A stretch of DNA of 63,021 nt, the filler included, from Bigelowiella natans CCMP2755 (Eukaryota > Protista > Cercozoa): assembly GCA_000320545.1 (NCBI GenBank). It is 5 parts of 5 records of this genome, joined end to end, with 100 filler letters (N's around TTAATTAATTAA, not from the genome) between each part and the next. Parts side by side here need not be neighbours in the genome. Positions count along the whole stretch, not along the records: positions 1 to 15,274 come from ADNK01002323.1; 4 more parts are not named here. One strand, 5' to 3'. Below, piece after piece: positions 1 to 12,072 of this stretch. How positions within the stretch are numbered: position 1 is the first letter of the stretch; each line of letters opens with the position of its first letter. A model generated the notes under the pieces. The model saw only the letters and a list, made by a program, of their open reading frames with translations. It did not search any database and had not been told where the DNA came from. Both the position numbers and the translations under genes were made by a program.

Positions 1-2
1 TA

Positions 3-74
<72 letters not shown>

Positions 75-91
75 TGCTCATGATCGATCAG

Positions 92-272
92 ATGGCAAGC
101 GTACACGATGAAGGACCGATGTGCCTACAGACACCCGTTTCATCCTGATTTGCATATACACTCGATTTTTGCAAGGTTTCTCAGTTAAATAAATATCCGG
201 CAATTCTATATCGCCAACAGATTCTACTTTTCAATCACCTATGAATCAAATTTTCTTTCTCTCTCACTCTCT

Positions 273-318
<46 letters not shown>

Positions 319-1537
319 CCCCCCTTCATTCTCCTCATCGTGCCTCTCCCATCTTCCTCCTCCTTCCCCTCTGCTCCCCTCCCCCCCAGGCACAGCATGT
401 GGATAATCGATTTCGTGCTGCGCCGAGCGGGGGTATTGAACTAGATACATATATAACCGCAAAGAGTGTGTATATTGCAGCGAGGACAATATGAAGGATG
501 ATTCCTTTTTGGCTTAGATGGAGTGCCCTTCCCCAGCTTCCATCATCTGAATCGACACTTCTTTTCTCTGCTTGTTCGTTTCTCCGTGTATCATCTATCG
601 CCAGGTCTTCAATCTTGAGGAGGTCGCGAGAGTCGTGATTCGAATCGGAGCATAGCGTGGCGTTTTCTGTCGTTTTTGAGAATGCTTTCCGCCCCCACCT
701 CCCGGATGTGTCTCCCTACCGAGCGGCCTCCTTTCTTCTCCTTTCTTCTCTTCTTTTTTTCCTTTCTCCCCTTTGCTTTGCGCCGAAATCCTCCTCGGGT
801 TATCTCCTCCATTATTCTTTTCTCCGCGCCTTTGCGTTCGGTCTCTGCTGTCTTGCACTCGAGGGAAAGTCCCTCCCCCCCCCGAAGCAAACTTGACAGC
901 TCCCATCCAGCTTGCGCGCGCATTTGGTCCGTATACTTACTCGCAGCGCATTGATCTGCCCCCCCCCCCCCCCCCCCCCCCCGGAATTTGGGGGGGGCTG
1001 AACGGGGTTCCCTTTAAGAAAGAAGGGTTTGCAATTATGTGCGACGGGGGGGATTTGGGGAAATTTTTTGAGGAGGCATGCGATCTTACGCGCATCGTAT
1101 CTCCGTTTTTGCAAATACAACAACTCGAAAACGTCAGGTGTGGGTCGAGCCGGATATGGTACCGAAGGTCGTGTTGAAGCCGATCAGCAAACCAATGGCC
1201 GCTCTGCAGATGGAGGCGATTCTGGTAAAAGCGTACATAGCATATGTGCCCTCGAGAATCATGCCCGTCCTCCCTTCCCCTGCCACCATCATCATTTTAA
1301 CCTTGTGATGAAATCGTCGTTCCATACGATTTCGACCCCTCTGAGGCGCCCCGGCCTTCTCTCCATATGGGAGAGAAGGGGGGAGGCGGGCATTGGACTC
1401 ACGCGTTTTCGGTTTGTCTTCAGAACAACTTGGGCCTCATCAACCAGAAGATTTCCAGCGTCATAGGTAATTTGGCGCTCAGAATTACATCACGAATCCA
1501 AAAGAATGTGACATAAGATATGAATATTAACACGCAC

Positions 1538-1599
<62 letters not shown>

Positions 1600-2128
1600 G
1601 CGCGCGCGCGCGCGCAACTAAATATGGCTTTAATATTCTAAAATTCACTACATGCGAGCAGAAGTATAGTAGTAGTGAATTGCCATGTGACGAATGAACG
1701 GAAAACTTCGAAGACAGACTGCCTAGCAGAGATTACCTCACATCAGAAATATACTCTGGTAGATCATTACAAATGCATTTATACCAATTTAGAATTTTCC
1801 GCGCCCGCGCCTGCGCCTGCGCCTGCGCCTGCACCAGCGCCTGCTGCATCGGATTCGACCCCGTCAATCACATCGGGAAGGCCTTCGCTCCGAGAAGCGC
1901 CCCAGAAGGTAGTTTGTTTCTTCAAAAAGGTTTTTGTTTGATCGGTGGAGAAGGGGGGGGGAGGGGGGGGGGGCATGGTTTCAGCAGAAACGGTGTTCGG
2001 ATGAAAGGTTAAACCGATTTTTATTTTTTTTTATGAATTTGTCTAAGACCTCCCTTAAAGGGCGTTGATATGTTGATGGTGCGGTTGTCGTTTGAGGAAT
2101 CCGAAACTTCGAGCTCTGCTCACTAGAA

Positions 2129-2170
<42 letters not shown>

Positions 2171-2923
2171 CTTTCTCTGCATATATGTGTGTGTGTGTGT
2201 GTGTCAAGGCATCAAAAATCAAAAATCCCTCTGAAACGTCCAAATTGCTGCGTGGAATATGGAGGGGCCTGCACGATCAAGGCCATATCACAGATCTATG
2301 GAAGGTATTAAATGCATATATGCGGGCGTGCACGTTCAAAGTTAGCTTAAAAAAGGGGAGGGGGGGGGGGGGGGGGTGGCTTTAAAAAAATTTTTGTATT
2401 TTTTGATTACCCCCCCCCCCCCCCCCCCTTTATTTGAACAAATGGGGACAAACATTCGAGGGGGGACTTGGGGATTCTAAACTTTTGACCCACTCCGGGG
2501 GAAAAAAATGCGGGAAAAAAAGGGGAGGGGGGGAAAAAAAGAAAGGAGTTAGATAAGGGGATAAGGATGAGGAGATGACGGAGGACCGCCTTCGTTTCGT
2601 CGTTAACCTTACAACTCAATCCAAATACATCAAAATATGAGCGTATTTTTCATATCCTTGTATCCCCCCCCCCCTTTCTACGTCAGCAACGTGCTGGAGG
2701 CTTTGCACAAGGTGCTCCCTTGGCGAGGGGCGGATGATCACGGCGGTCTGCTTCGAGACGGGGGTGGGAGAGGCCAGAATAGCGAAGACAGAAAGGAGGG
2801 AGATGACGGGGGGATCGGGCCACAACAGATTGACGAGAGGACTCAGCTTCCTTTTACCCACGAGATTCTTCCTCTTCTATGGCTCGCGGTGATGGATATG
2901 CCGCAGGTTGTTGTCTTCTAAGA

Positions 2924-2964
<41 letters not shown>

Positions 2965-4758
2965 TTTTTCTTTCGCTTCTCTCCCCCCTTCCGAACCGTT
3001 GGGCTTGTGATGATTCAATGAGCTGCTACACGGTACCTCTCCAGGCACCCAAGAGCAGCAGCTCCTCCGCTTCTTCCAGACGGCAGTCTGGGACTGCTAG
3101 CACGACATCTACGCCGGTACCCATGCCCTCTCTCCAGCTCGAAAAGATTTCTCCTCATTTGGGGAAGGGGGTGCGGCGGAGAGGCAGCCATGGTAGCGGA
3201 GGATGGAACACAGATCAGGCCGTTGCATCACGACACAGCGCCGTGTTTCAGAAGGAGGTTCGAATGGCTGACGAATAAGATATGGAAAGAGAGAGAGAGA
3301 GAGAGAGTATGATATGCGTGTGTGAGTGTGGGAAAGGGGGGGAGGGGGGGCAATCACATTCAGGACTCGCTCCCTTAGAAGAATCTCTACTTCTGTCTGT
3401 AGTACGAGCCTCTCTTTCGAAACATTGACTTTCCCTCTCCTTCTTCTTCACCTTTTCACCGAGAAGGTGCTTAGCTTCTGCAGGAGCGTGCAGCTCAGCG
3501 CAGGCCTTTGGGTGAGGTGGCTTCAATGCGATGGCGCGAAGCTGGGATGGATTCCAACGCAAATTAATGAGCTTCAAAGATTGGAGGTTGGCATCCGAAA
3601 CTGTCCCACGGGCTTTGATGCTAATACGCGAATCGTGCGCGCAGGAATACACACTCACCCATAAGCACGCACACACAAACACACAAACACAAGTAAACTC
3701 TTCGTACAAATGACACGTCTTAATCCATTATTATACTCCTCAGAGATGGTCGATGCGCGACAACCAGCTCACGTCCGTGCCTCCACAGATCGGGGAGTTG
3801 AGGCAGCTGAAGCTCCTCGATCTATCCCGGAATAACCTGAAACGACTGCCGCGCGACATCGCGCAGTGCTGTCAGCTTGAGGTTTTCCTTTTGTTTCCTT
3901 TTAGACTATTTTGATGGTGGTGTACATGCTGGGAAGCATGGTTCTGATGAAGGACATATGCCGCATTTCGGGAGCTAGAAGCAGCCGCAGCTGCGCTCGT
4001 TATCACCATATCTCCATTGATGAAATCATTGTGTGTGTGTGTGTGTGTGTGTGCGTTTGTTGTTTCGTCGTTGGGCGCTGCGCCTTTGTGTCACGGAACA
4101 GACGCTGAATGTCAGTCAGAATCGGCTGGAGACCCTACCGAGAGCTTTGAGCGAGGTGAGTGTGTAAGTGTGTATGTGTGTGTGTGTGTGTGCGTGCGTG
4201 CGTGCGTGTGTTTAAGTTTTCGAGATCACTGAAAGTGTAACATTTTCCCGTTTGATTCCGTGAATGATTCGGCCTTATTCCGTTCCACAAAGTTGGAGAG
4301 CTTGCGGAGATTAGACGTCAGCGGCAATCGCCTTCAAGAGCTTCCCGCCGAGTTATGCGACTGCTCCGCTCTCGAGTATGAATTTGCGCACTACACTGTG
4401 TCAATGAATCGCCGGGTAGCTCTTCTTTCTGTTGACGTTGCGTTGTGTTTTCCAATATAAAGATTCATCTACGCGAAGGACAACAATCTAAGGGAACTAA
4501 TGCCGCCGGAGGATCTTGCTGAGCTCCAAAATCTTAAGGTCTTTTTGGTTTCAGGGACAGGCCTGAACATATCGCGCGCACGGAAGTGATGTGTATTCAT
4601 GGGAGGAGGGGGAGGGATGAGGGGCTGGCGGCTGGAGGTTGCATATAACTAACTACGCATATCAGGTGTTGGATGTAAGAGGAAACCCGAAGATATCCGA
4701 AATGTTCAAGAAGAAGAAGCCGGAAAACAAGCGGGCGGACTTGGACATATTGATCTGA
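92..4758 (+). CDS. Multi-exon protein with C-terminal leucine-rich repeats (5' end outside window)
   Basis: GT-AG exons 3744-3881, 4102-4154, 4293-4375, 4464-4538 and 4666-4758 splice in frame to LRRs (SMRDNQLTSVPPQIGELRQLKLLDLSRNNLKRLP; TLNVSQNRLETLP; LESLRRLDVSGNRLQELP; VLDVRGNP...DILI*). Upstream exons (92-175, 390-432, 605-622, 911+, 1139-1225, 1424-1466, 1793-1908, 2208-2304, 2688-2905, 3045-3257) are mostly phase-compatible; that join is less certain. Confidence 0.8.
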
Positions 4759-4869
4759 TGGCAAGCTCATGGAGTAGCTCGCGCAGTCTTTCTTGCATGC
4801 TCGATGTTGTAAGTGTCGTCGCAAGAAGGGATTTTTCCAAAGCCCCGGAAAGCATGTGCTCTCTCTCTT

Positions 4870-4917
<48 letters not shown>

Positions 4918-4986
4918 AGCCAGAGAGAGAGAGAGAGAGCGTGTGTAATACATACTGTATACTAAGAGCGTATTTGTATAGTATCT

Positions 4987-5056
4987 CTAGGCATGCATAG
5001 CTACATAAGGATGACTACTGTTAAAAATGTAATAATTTCATTACATCCGTCTCATA
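4987..5056 (+). repeat. Dispersed island repeat, copy A
   Basis: ctaggcatgcatagctacataaggatgactactgttaaaaatgtaataatttcattacatccgtctcata. Confidence 0.85.
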
Positions 5057-5585
5057 AATAAATTTAAAATGCTATCGAAGATTCTTTTTGAATGCAGATG
5101 TTATGAATATATTGCAATGTCGCTTGCACTGCAGTAGTGCTTACGTTAACTTTAATATGAGCGTTGATTGCTGGCATACGCATAGCGTTTACATGTACAT
5201 ACACAAGTGGCATTTTACCACACACGTTCATAATTTTCCAGTCAGAACTGAAAAAACCACACGCATTGTGTTTCCTTCCACATTTTCATAATCTTCCAGT
5301 CAATGATAAGAAAGCCACGCACAGCATAGAGCATACACATCTATAGCACATATCACACTGAGAAAAAGCGCCTACTAGCTAGCATTACACAACTCTAATT
5401 AAAACTTTAAAACGCTTTGAAAACTGCATTTCTTTACAAGAATTATCTAGAAAAACTATGTCGCCGTATGACATAGCATGTCTATTATACACATGTCGCG
5501 CTGATATGGCAAATGTGGTGGCAGGGTTGTACAGCGAGGCCAGCTAGCCAGCCTGCGCCACGATGACAACTCATTTATTATATCT

Positions 5586-5662
5586 ATATATCTGCTACAG
5601 GATGACCATTGAAAAAATTTAAACATTTCATTACATCCGTCTCATATATCTGCTACAGATGC
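5586..5662 (+). repeat. Dispersed island repeat, copy B, flanked by a 15-bp direct repeat
   Basis: gctacaggatgaccattgaaaaaatttaaacatttcattacatccgtctcata; atatatctgctacag occurs at both 5586-5600 and 5644-5658. Confidence 0.85.
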
Positions 5663-6034
5663 GATACAATAATCAACTATATATATTGCTAAGATGGGAT
5701 AATACGTTCATTCTAAGGAGAAATAATTCCAAGATTTCCCCTGTTTTCATTGCGAGCTTGGATCGACTTTCTACGATCTGCGCGACAAGAGCGCACATAT
5801 AGCAACTGCTTCCCTAAAACTCTTCCATGATTTAAGTAACGTTGGTTTGCGGGTTCACCGAATCGCTTCTTCCTTTTGAGCGTGTTGCACAGCGCGACAA
5901 CCTAGGCGGCTTTTCGTGGTCCATACAAATGTGCTAGGTGCCGCCTGTTTTTGTGGGCTATTAAGTTGCTGTTTGCGGAGAACGCCATCTTGCACTTGTC
6001 GCACCTGACACAGTTTTCAACCGGGATCATCTAG

Positions 6035-6300
6035 ATGTGGAGAGATGCTGCGCGTGCGGTTGAATGTAACAAGCAGTGGAAACAGCAAATACCGGAACGG
6101 TCGGAGCCCGAAATGTGTGTTGTTGTGGATGATCAGATCCCGCTTGGTGAGGAAGGCTGCGAACAACGCAACACAACACACAGCAAAGCACAACGCAGCG
6201 AAGGTGGGAGATGACAATGGAGACGGACGAAGAATCAGCAACGAATGAGTGCATTGACACTGCACACGCATAGATGCTAGATGTACACATACACACACAC

Positions 6301-6341
<41 letters not shown>

Positions 6342-6643
6342 ACATTTATGGCAGTTCTGAAAGAAGCATTGAAAACCGTTGTTGTGGCCCCTAGCTCTAT
6401 GGGTGAGGGCCTTGTGCGTCATCAGCGCGCTCGCGGACTTAAACACCCTTCATGGTTGACATACGCGTGGCGTGAGATGACACAGAGTTCTATGAAGATC
6501 ATGCGAAGCGCGTGCATCTTATCGACGAAAACCGTTATACGCAAAACAAAAGTAAAATTAAAATGAAAAAACAAAACGAGAGACGAACTATCGAAGACCG
6601 TCCTCTTCTCCTCCTCAACGAATGCAACAGTCAGTGACAGCAG

Positions 6644-6675
<32 letters not shown>

Positions 6676-6737
6676 AGAAGCTGAGAGGGAGGGTCATTCA
6701 CGCGCTACTTGTAGCATTCGTCCGCATTGCACTTTGA
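6035..6737 (+). CDS. Hypothetical spliced protein (may be the 5' part of the next gene)
   Basis: ATG at 6035 (MWRDAARAVECNKQWKQQIPE...) with gtgag donors and cag acceptors giving phase-compatible exons; no recognisable domain. Confidence 0.35.
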
Positions 6738-7182
6738 TATACACGCTCCGAACCAAGCTTCTGCCGTCGCGCGGACTAGCGTGGGGCGATCGTTCATCTG
6801 CTCGAAATTGCGAGAATTCAGTGATGAAAGATCCTAGGAGATAACACACGAGAGATAGCGAATTCTATAGAAAAGCAAGAAGTGGTGCAACCCTTTGATG
6901 CGTCATCAGATGCAACCAAGCCCCCCTCCCAGAGATAGGACGCTGTGGAAACCGCATCATCGGTCATTTGTTCATTCGTTTGACACATCGAGTATGTCGG
7001 TCAAATTTCTAACGAAATCCCGCGATTTCTTCGCTGTATGCGACAACCATCATGCATGAGCAGTATTTATTTGAAAAAAGATGACTGCACTCTTCCCCTC
7101 CACCCCCCTCCACTCCCACCGACCTGGCCACAAAAGCACATTTTCCTCATAAATTTGACATTTGTCTCATTTTCGCTGGTTA

Positions 7183-8490
7183 GAGCCAATAGATGCTCTT
7201 CCATCCCACCGCCACCCCCCCCCCACTCCCACCCCCCTGGGCCCCCCGCCGCTGTGCGTGGCAAATGCGTCTCCCTGCGGCCGTCGTACGAGTCGATATG
7301 TAGCCTGCGGTGCCTGCGAATTTGCCCAGAAGAAGGTTATGTGTGGGCCTATTCGTGCGTGTAGTGCAAGGCACATGATGCATTCACGTTGGCGGGGAGA
7401 GGGGGGGGCGTTCTGACACAACCTGAGAAGGTCTCGAGAGGTGGGGTGCGTGGCATTGCAGAAGTCGCATATGTACGAAGGGCCAAGCCCGTGCGCCTGG
7501 CTCTCGTGGACCTGCCTGTGAAAAGCATGAGAAATATGCTTACTAATATACCTTGGTGTTTGGAGGGGGGGGGGGGGGGGTATAAATCGCATGCTCCATC
7601 ACGAGGATACATATCTCTGCTGCAGAGAGACACCCAAGGAAGTTGTGAAGGAAAGTCATCGCTCTGGATGGCTGTTGTGAGTGGATTCTGCCTCCCTCCC
7701 AACGACCTCACGACAACGAACGATTGTTCTTCCATACGCTTTCTGTTTCGCAGGAGGAAAGGAGGCTGCTGGCACTCAGCCCTACCTGGCCATCCGCCAC
7801 CGGAAGCGCTGGGAGCACACTCTACACGCGTGCTTTGACTCTCCTAGCAGCAGGAGGAGGAGACGAAGGCCAAGAAACAGAGGAGGAGGAGGAGGAGGAG
7901 GAGGAGGAGGAGGAGGAAGGAGGGTTGTCAGAAACAAACGAGAAAATGCCATGGGTAGGTATGAGATCGGGAGCACATCAACAGCGCCACCACCAACAAC
8001 AACAACAACAACGTGCAAAGAGGGATTGTATATCATCATCATCATCATCATCATCATCACCATCATCATCATCACGAATGGCCTCCTAGCCGACAGATTT
8101 TAAGATACTATTAAACCGACCAAGCTCCGCTGCTACCTGTGTGGACGTGGATGTGTTCTTGGAGGCTCTCACGCCTGAAAAAGCGTTTCTTGCAATTTCC
8201 ACACTCAAACCGCTTGGTGTGCACCCGTTCCAGATGAGGCTAAATGCAGGTGTCAATACCCGATAAGAGCAAAAGTAGAAGAAGAAGAAGAAGAAGAAGT
8301 AGTAGCAGCAGAACAAGTAACCAATGAATCAATCAAATAGCTGTTATTTATAATATCGAGCATGACATGCGAGGGAGGAGGGGAGGAGGAGGAGGAGGAG
8401 GAGGAGGAGGAGGAGGAAGAGGAGGAGACTCCGGAGGCCGAGACTTTGCACTCTTATCGATGCATTGGTGTGATTAGCCGGAATAACGCA

Positions 8491-8544
<54 letters not shown>

Positions 8545-9093
8545 ACCACTTCTACCGCTACTACTACAACCTTGATGTTGCGGAGAAAGGCGATCCTCCG
8601 CTTGCAGACGACACACTTCCACGGACCAACGTTAGAGGATGAAGAGGAGGAGGAGGAGGAGCTGGTGCCAGCTGCCCCTTCCATGATCTCCGCGCAGTGT
8701 TTGTTTACAGCAAACCGATCATCCTCGTCGAACGTTCTCGACGACTCAAGCACCAGCGGAGGGAGCTGCGAAGGCGTGGAAGGCACATACCACACACAAC
8801 CACGTTATCCTCAAAAATAAGGTTTTACGCCGCAAGCCGCCGCTGCTGCTGCTGATGCTACTACTGCGACGGCCTCGACTACTATGGCCGCCCCCCCCTC
8901 TCTAGGTGCTACGAAAACTATTACCCTAGCACTCATCGGAGTGCGTGGAGTCTGCACCCATGTGAGAGTAATGATGGTAGCGTTCGGTGAATATGATGAC
9001 GACGATAACGACGAAGACGATGATAGCGGCATCGGTCTTCGTCCAGGTTTCTCCCTTCGTTGGTTATATCCGGCTGAGAATGTGGTAAGGGTA

Positions 9094-9138
<45 letters not shown>

Positions 9139-9983
9139 TATGTGTGTATGCAAGATTCAACGTTTTTGTCCTTCTTCATGCTCGCAGTATCATTCATTGA
9201 GAGTGACTGCTAAGCAGTGTAACAACGAGCTCTCGAATGAATAAAAGCCACTCATTCAAAACACCCGCTTCAAACACTCTCATTGAAGCTGTCCCCACCT
9301 TGATAGCATCCGCGACAAAGCTTGCCCTTGCGCGCAGATTGAGACGTAGCGTTATTCTGTTTTCCACATCCCCCGCAACTGATGGAGAGTAAATAACGTT
9401 GGTGTCGTTTTGGCAAAAAAAGCGGGCCGAAGAAAATAGCAAAACCACCCGACCCCACGTGCTCGGTAATCGGAGCGTGTATATGTTAGCTGCACCGACG
9501 CGTTCAGAATTCAAAACTTGATACGATGTTTATTACGTGAAAGTGACATAGGGCTTCTTCTGTCGCAGATTTCCCACTGAAAGAATGGCGGTAATTGGCG
9601 GCTGGAGATGCCTTTCATGCTGCAAGAAAAATAAACGAAGGGTCAAACCTAAAAATGAGCAAGCGCCAATCTCCAACAAAAACATATCGAAGTCATCATG
9701 TCAAATTCTTCAGGAATTAAAAAAACGATGTGCTGACCACTGCAATAGCAATCGCAGCAGCAGCCATCACCGCAAGCATCTGTTAACTTTAGCCCTGGTA
9801 TCAGCATTCGCTGGGGGGGGGCCTTCTCTCCGAACTCTTCTTCGCTCCGATCCGTCTGAATCGACAGCAGAGCTAATTTTAGTCATATATTTATCGAATA
9901 TCTATCGATCTAAAAACTCCGAAAACACACTAGCACTTTTTACAAATTGTGTGTTGCGAAGAAGGATACTTGAGAAAATCTAA
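7183..9983 (+). CDS. Hypothetical multi-exon protein with poly-E/T/D tracts
   Basis: Canonical cag|exon|gt segments at ~7183-7336, 7626-7676, 7753-7954 and ~8105-8249 (ILLNRPSSAATCVDVDVFLEALTPEKAFLAIS), plus further open segments at 8362-9085 and 9570-9800; family not recognised. Confidence 0.45.
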
Positions 9984-10373
9984 ATGATCTTCCGGTTATT
10001 CTATCATTAAAATATTGACTAATAACCTCAAAACCCCACACGCCCAAAACCATGCACATGCTGAAACCAGCGGAGGCAGCAAGGAGGATTACTGGAAAAA
10101 AACCAAGTGATTCTCTCCTGCGACAACACATTTTCGCTGTCGCAGGGAAAGTTCATCACTGCCGAATCTTCTATCATCCGATTCGGCTACGCCAGCTCCT
10201 GTCCCTCCCCACCCTAGTCAATTTCAGATCCCTCCCGCACTTTCGAAGCTGACGGTCTTCTTGCTAAATCGTGTGATCAAAGATCCTAGCTTGTTGTTAA
10301 TCATTTCTCGTCGTTCCAACCCCCCCCGCCCCCCGTTCACCCATTTCAAAAAGGTGTGACGTTGGGCGCTTAG

Positions 10374-11141
10374 ATGGATAAGAAGGGTTTGCAACTCTTC
10401 GTGGATCTGGTCGCTCATGAGGGCCACAAGCACCATGTTCCTGGTTTGTATTCCCATCTCTTCATGGTCAATTCAAGTGGTTTGTGCACTAAAAACTGCC
10501 TATCCCACAGGCTGCCAGTTCAAAGTGACAGGGGCAGACCTCACAGTGAAGAAGGGGAGGCTTCAGACGGCTACATGCCAGGTCGTCACCACGCACATGC
10601 CTCAAAATCATCTACCCTCATAGATTTCGGCGTGCTTCAGTTACGCTTCCTGGTTTTGTCGCGTTTTATTCCCCTCCAGGTCGTCTTCGAGGTGCCAGCA
10701 GAAGCGTGCAACCAAGCCGGCATGCTCTTCGGAGGCATCGTCTCGTCGATCACGGACATTATCACATCGTGTCTGATACATGCGGGTGAGCTCAAAGCCA
10801 AGAAGCGGTGGAATCTCTCCTTCAGCACCTTCTTAGGGGTCGAGTACGTCCGTGGCGCAGCGATCGGCGACACGGTGGTCATGCAAGTAGGCGTCGACAA
10901 GATATCAAAGACGCTGTGCTTCTCCTACGCCGATTTTTATCGCCTGGACGATGATGAGCAGCCCGATGTGAAAACTGGCCTGTTCGCTGTTGCTCCCAGC
11001 GACATTCTTTACAGGACCAGGCACCAGAAGCACCTCTCAAAAATGATGATCACGAAGACGAGCTTTGCCACCGAAAAATCCCAACAACTCATGGAACAAT
11101 TGAGCGAAGTTTACGGAGTTGCACTCCATTCGAAACTTTGA
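10374..11141 (+). CDS. Hotdog-fold acyl-CoA thioesterase (PaaI/ACOT13-like) with PTS1
   Basis: Introns at 10444-10510 and 10582-10679. Motifs CNQAGMLFGGIVSSITD and VEYVRGAAIGDTVVMQVGVDKISKTLCFS; ends -SKL*. Confidence 0.85.
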   Translation: MDKKGLQLFVDLVAHEGHKHHVPGLYSHLFMVNSSGLCTKNCLSHRLPVQSDRGRPHSEEGEASDGYMPGRHHAHASKSSTLIDFGVLQLRFLVLSRFIPLQVVFEVPAEACNQAGMLFGGIVSSITDIITSCLIHAGELKAKKRWNLSFSTFLGVEYVRGAAIGDTVVMQVGVDKISKTLCFSYADFYRLDDDEQPDVKTGLFAVAPSDILYRTRHQKHLSKMMITKTSFATEKSQQLMEQLSEVYGVALHSKL

Positions 11142-11465
11142 TGAATATTCGTCCTGATGGATGCTCTGAATTTTAATGTCAGTAATGTTACTTTCACCAG
11201 TAATGGTACCGGGCAGTTCGTTGCTATTGTCGGCTTTAACAAACAAATAGCAATGGTTGAAGAGATCGCATTGTCTTGCTTACACTTCTGTTTAAAATAT
11301 TGTGGTATTATTAGCGCGCTTAACAATTATCATTGACACCAGGTTCAAACTGCAATGCATCTTGCGATCGCTAGATGAATGTGCTCTTTGATACTCGCGG
11401 CGGCATGCTTCGGGAACACACGCTCAATCGTTCGCAGCCTCCATAATCCACGCATGCACAAACGT

Positions 11466-11547
11466 GTGCATCTGCACATATATGAGACGGATGTAATGAT
11501 ATTATTGAATATTTTCAATAATCATCTTAATGCAGCTTTGCAACTAG
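11466..11547 (-). repeat. Dispersed island repeat, copy C
   Basis: Reverse complement reads ctagttgcaaagctgcattaagatgattattgaaaatattcaataatatcattacatccgtctcatatatgtgcagatgc. Confidence 0.85.
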
Positions 11548-11698
11548 CGAATATAAATGCAATCTATGCAACACATGTCATTATTTAGCACCACTGTTAG
11601 CCCGTATGGGCAATTGAACTACATGCAGAATCTGCCCTTTTGGCACGTACGTACTGTCGATCATCAAATCATCACCAATCGAGCACAAGCTGAACTCA

Positions 11699-11927
11699 CA
11701 GCAGAAGATCTATACATCATACCCCACCGTTCATTTCCCTATACTATCGGCAGTGGCAAAAATTGCGAAAATGCGCAACCTGAAAACTTGCCTATTGACG
11801 ACCTACTGCTTAAATATCAGTGGTATGAAAGGACCCTTATCATGTCTTAATGACGCTAGACTTGGAATTTCTTGCTACTGCCGATAGTATGGAAATGAAA
11901 TGTTGGGTATGGCTCATAGGTCTGCTG
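11699..11927. mobile_element. Degenerate MITE-like inverted-repeat element
   Basis: Left arm cagcag...cataccccaccgttcatttccctatactatcggcagtggcaaaaatt matches the reverse complement of aattttcttgctactgccgatagtatggaaatgaaatgttgggtatgg...tctgctg; arms ~65 bp, spacer ~90 bp. Confidence 0.55.
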
Positions 11928-12072
11928 GCGCGGCCTGCCCTATGGAGTAGCGCACGAGCACCGACGCACAGCACCGCTAGACCGCTCCGTGGTACAAGAT
12001 GAACCCTTAGCTAATGCATTCGTTGTGCCTAATAAATCACGAGCGAATGAGCAGATTTCGCCATTAGATTAC

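Larger units (their letters stand above)
4950..5950. other. CTAG/RY-rich intergenic island
   Basis: Non-coding and microsatellite-poor, with many ctag/gcatg/tgca words; holds two copies of the dispersed repeat. Boundaries approximate. Confidence 0.6.
11200..12050. other. CTAG/RY-rich intergenic island between convergent genes
   Basis: Same composition as the other islands; contains repeat copy C and an inverted repeat. Confidence 0.6.

Noticed and set aside
390-700. Open minus-strand frame with a TM-like segment
   Set aside because: Canonical splice signals and phase continuity favour the plus-strand gene here.
7650-7770. PH-domain-like HRSGWLLRKGG
   Set aside because: That frame stops at 7838 without further PH features; another frame splices more coherently.
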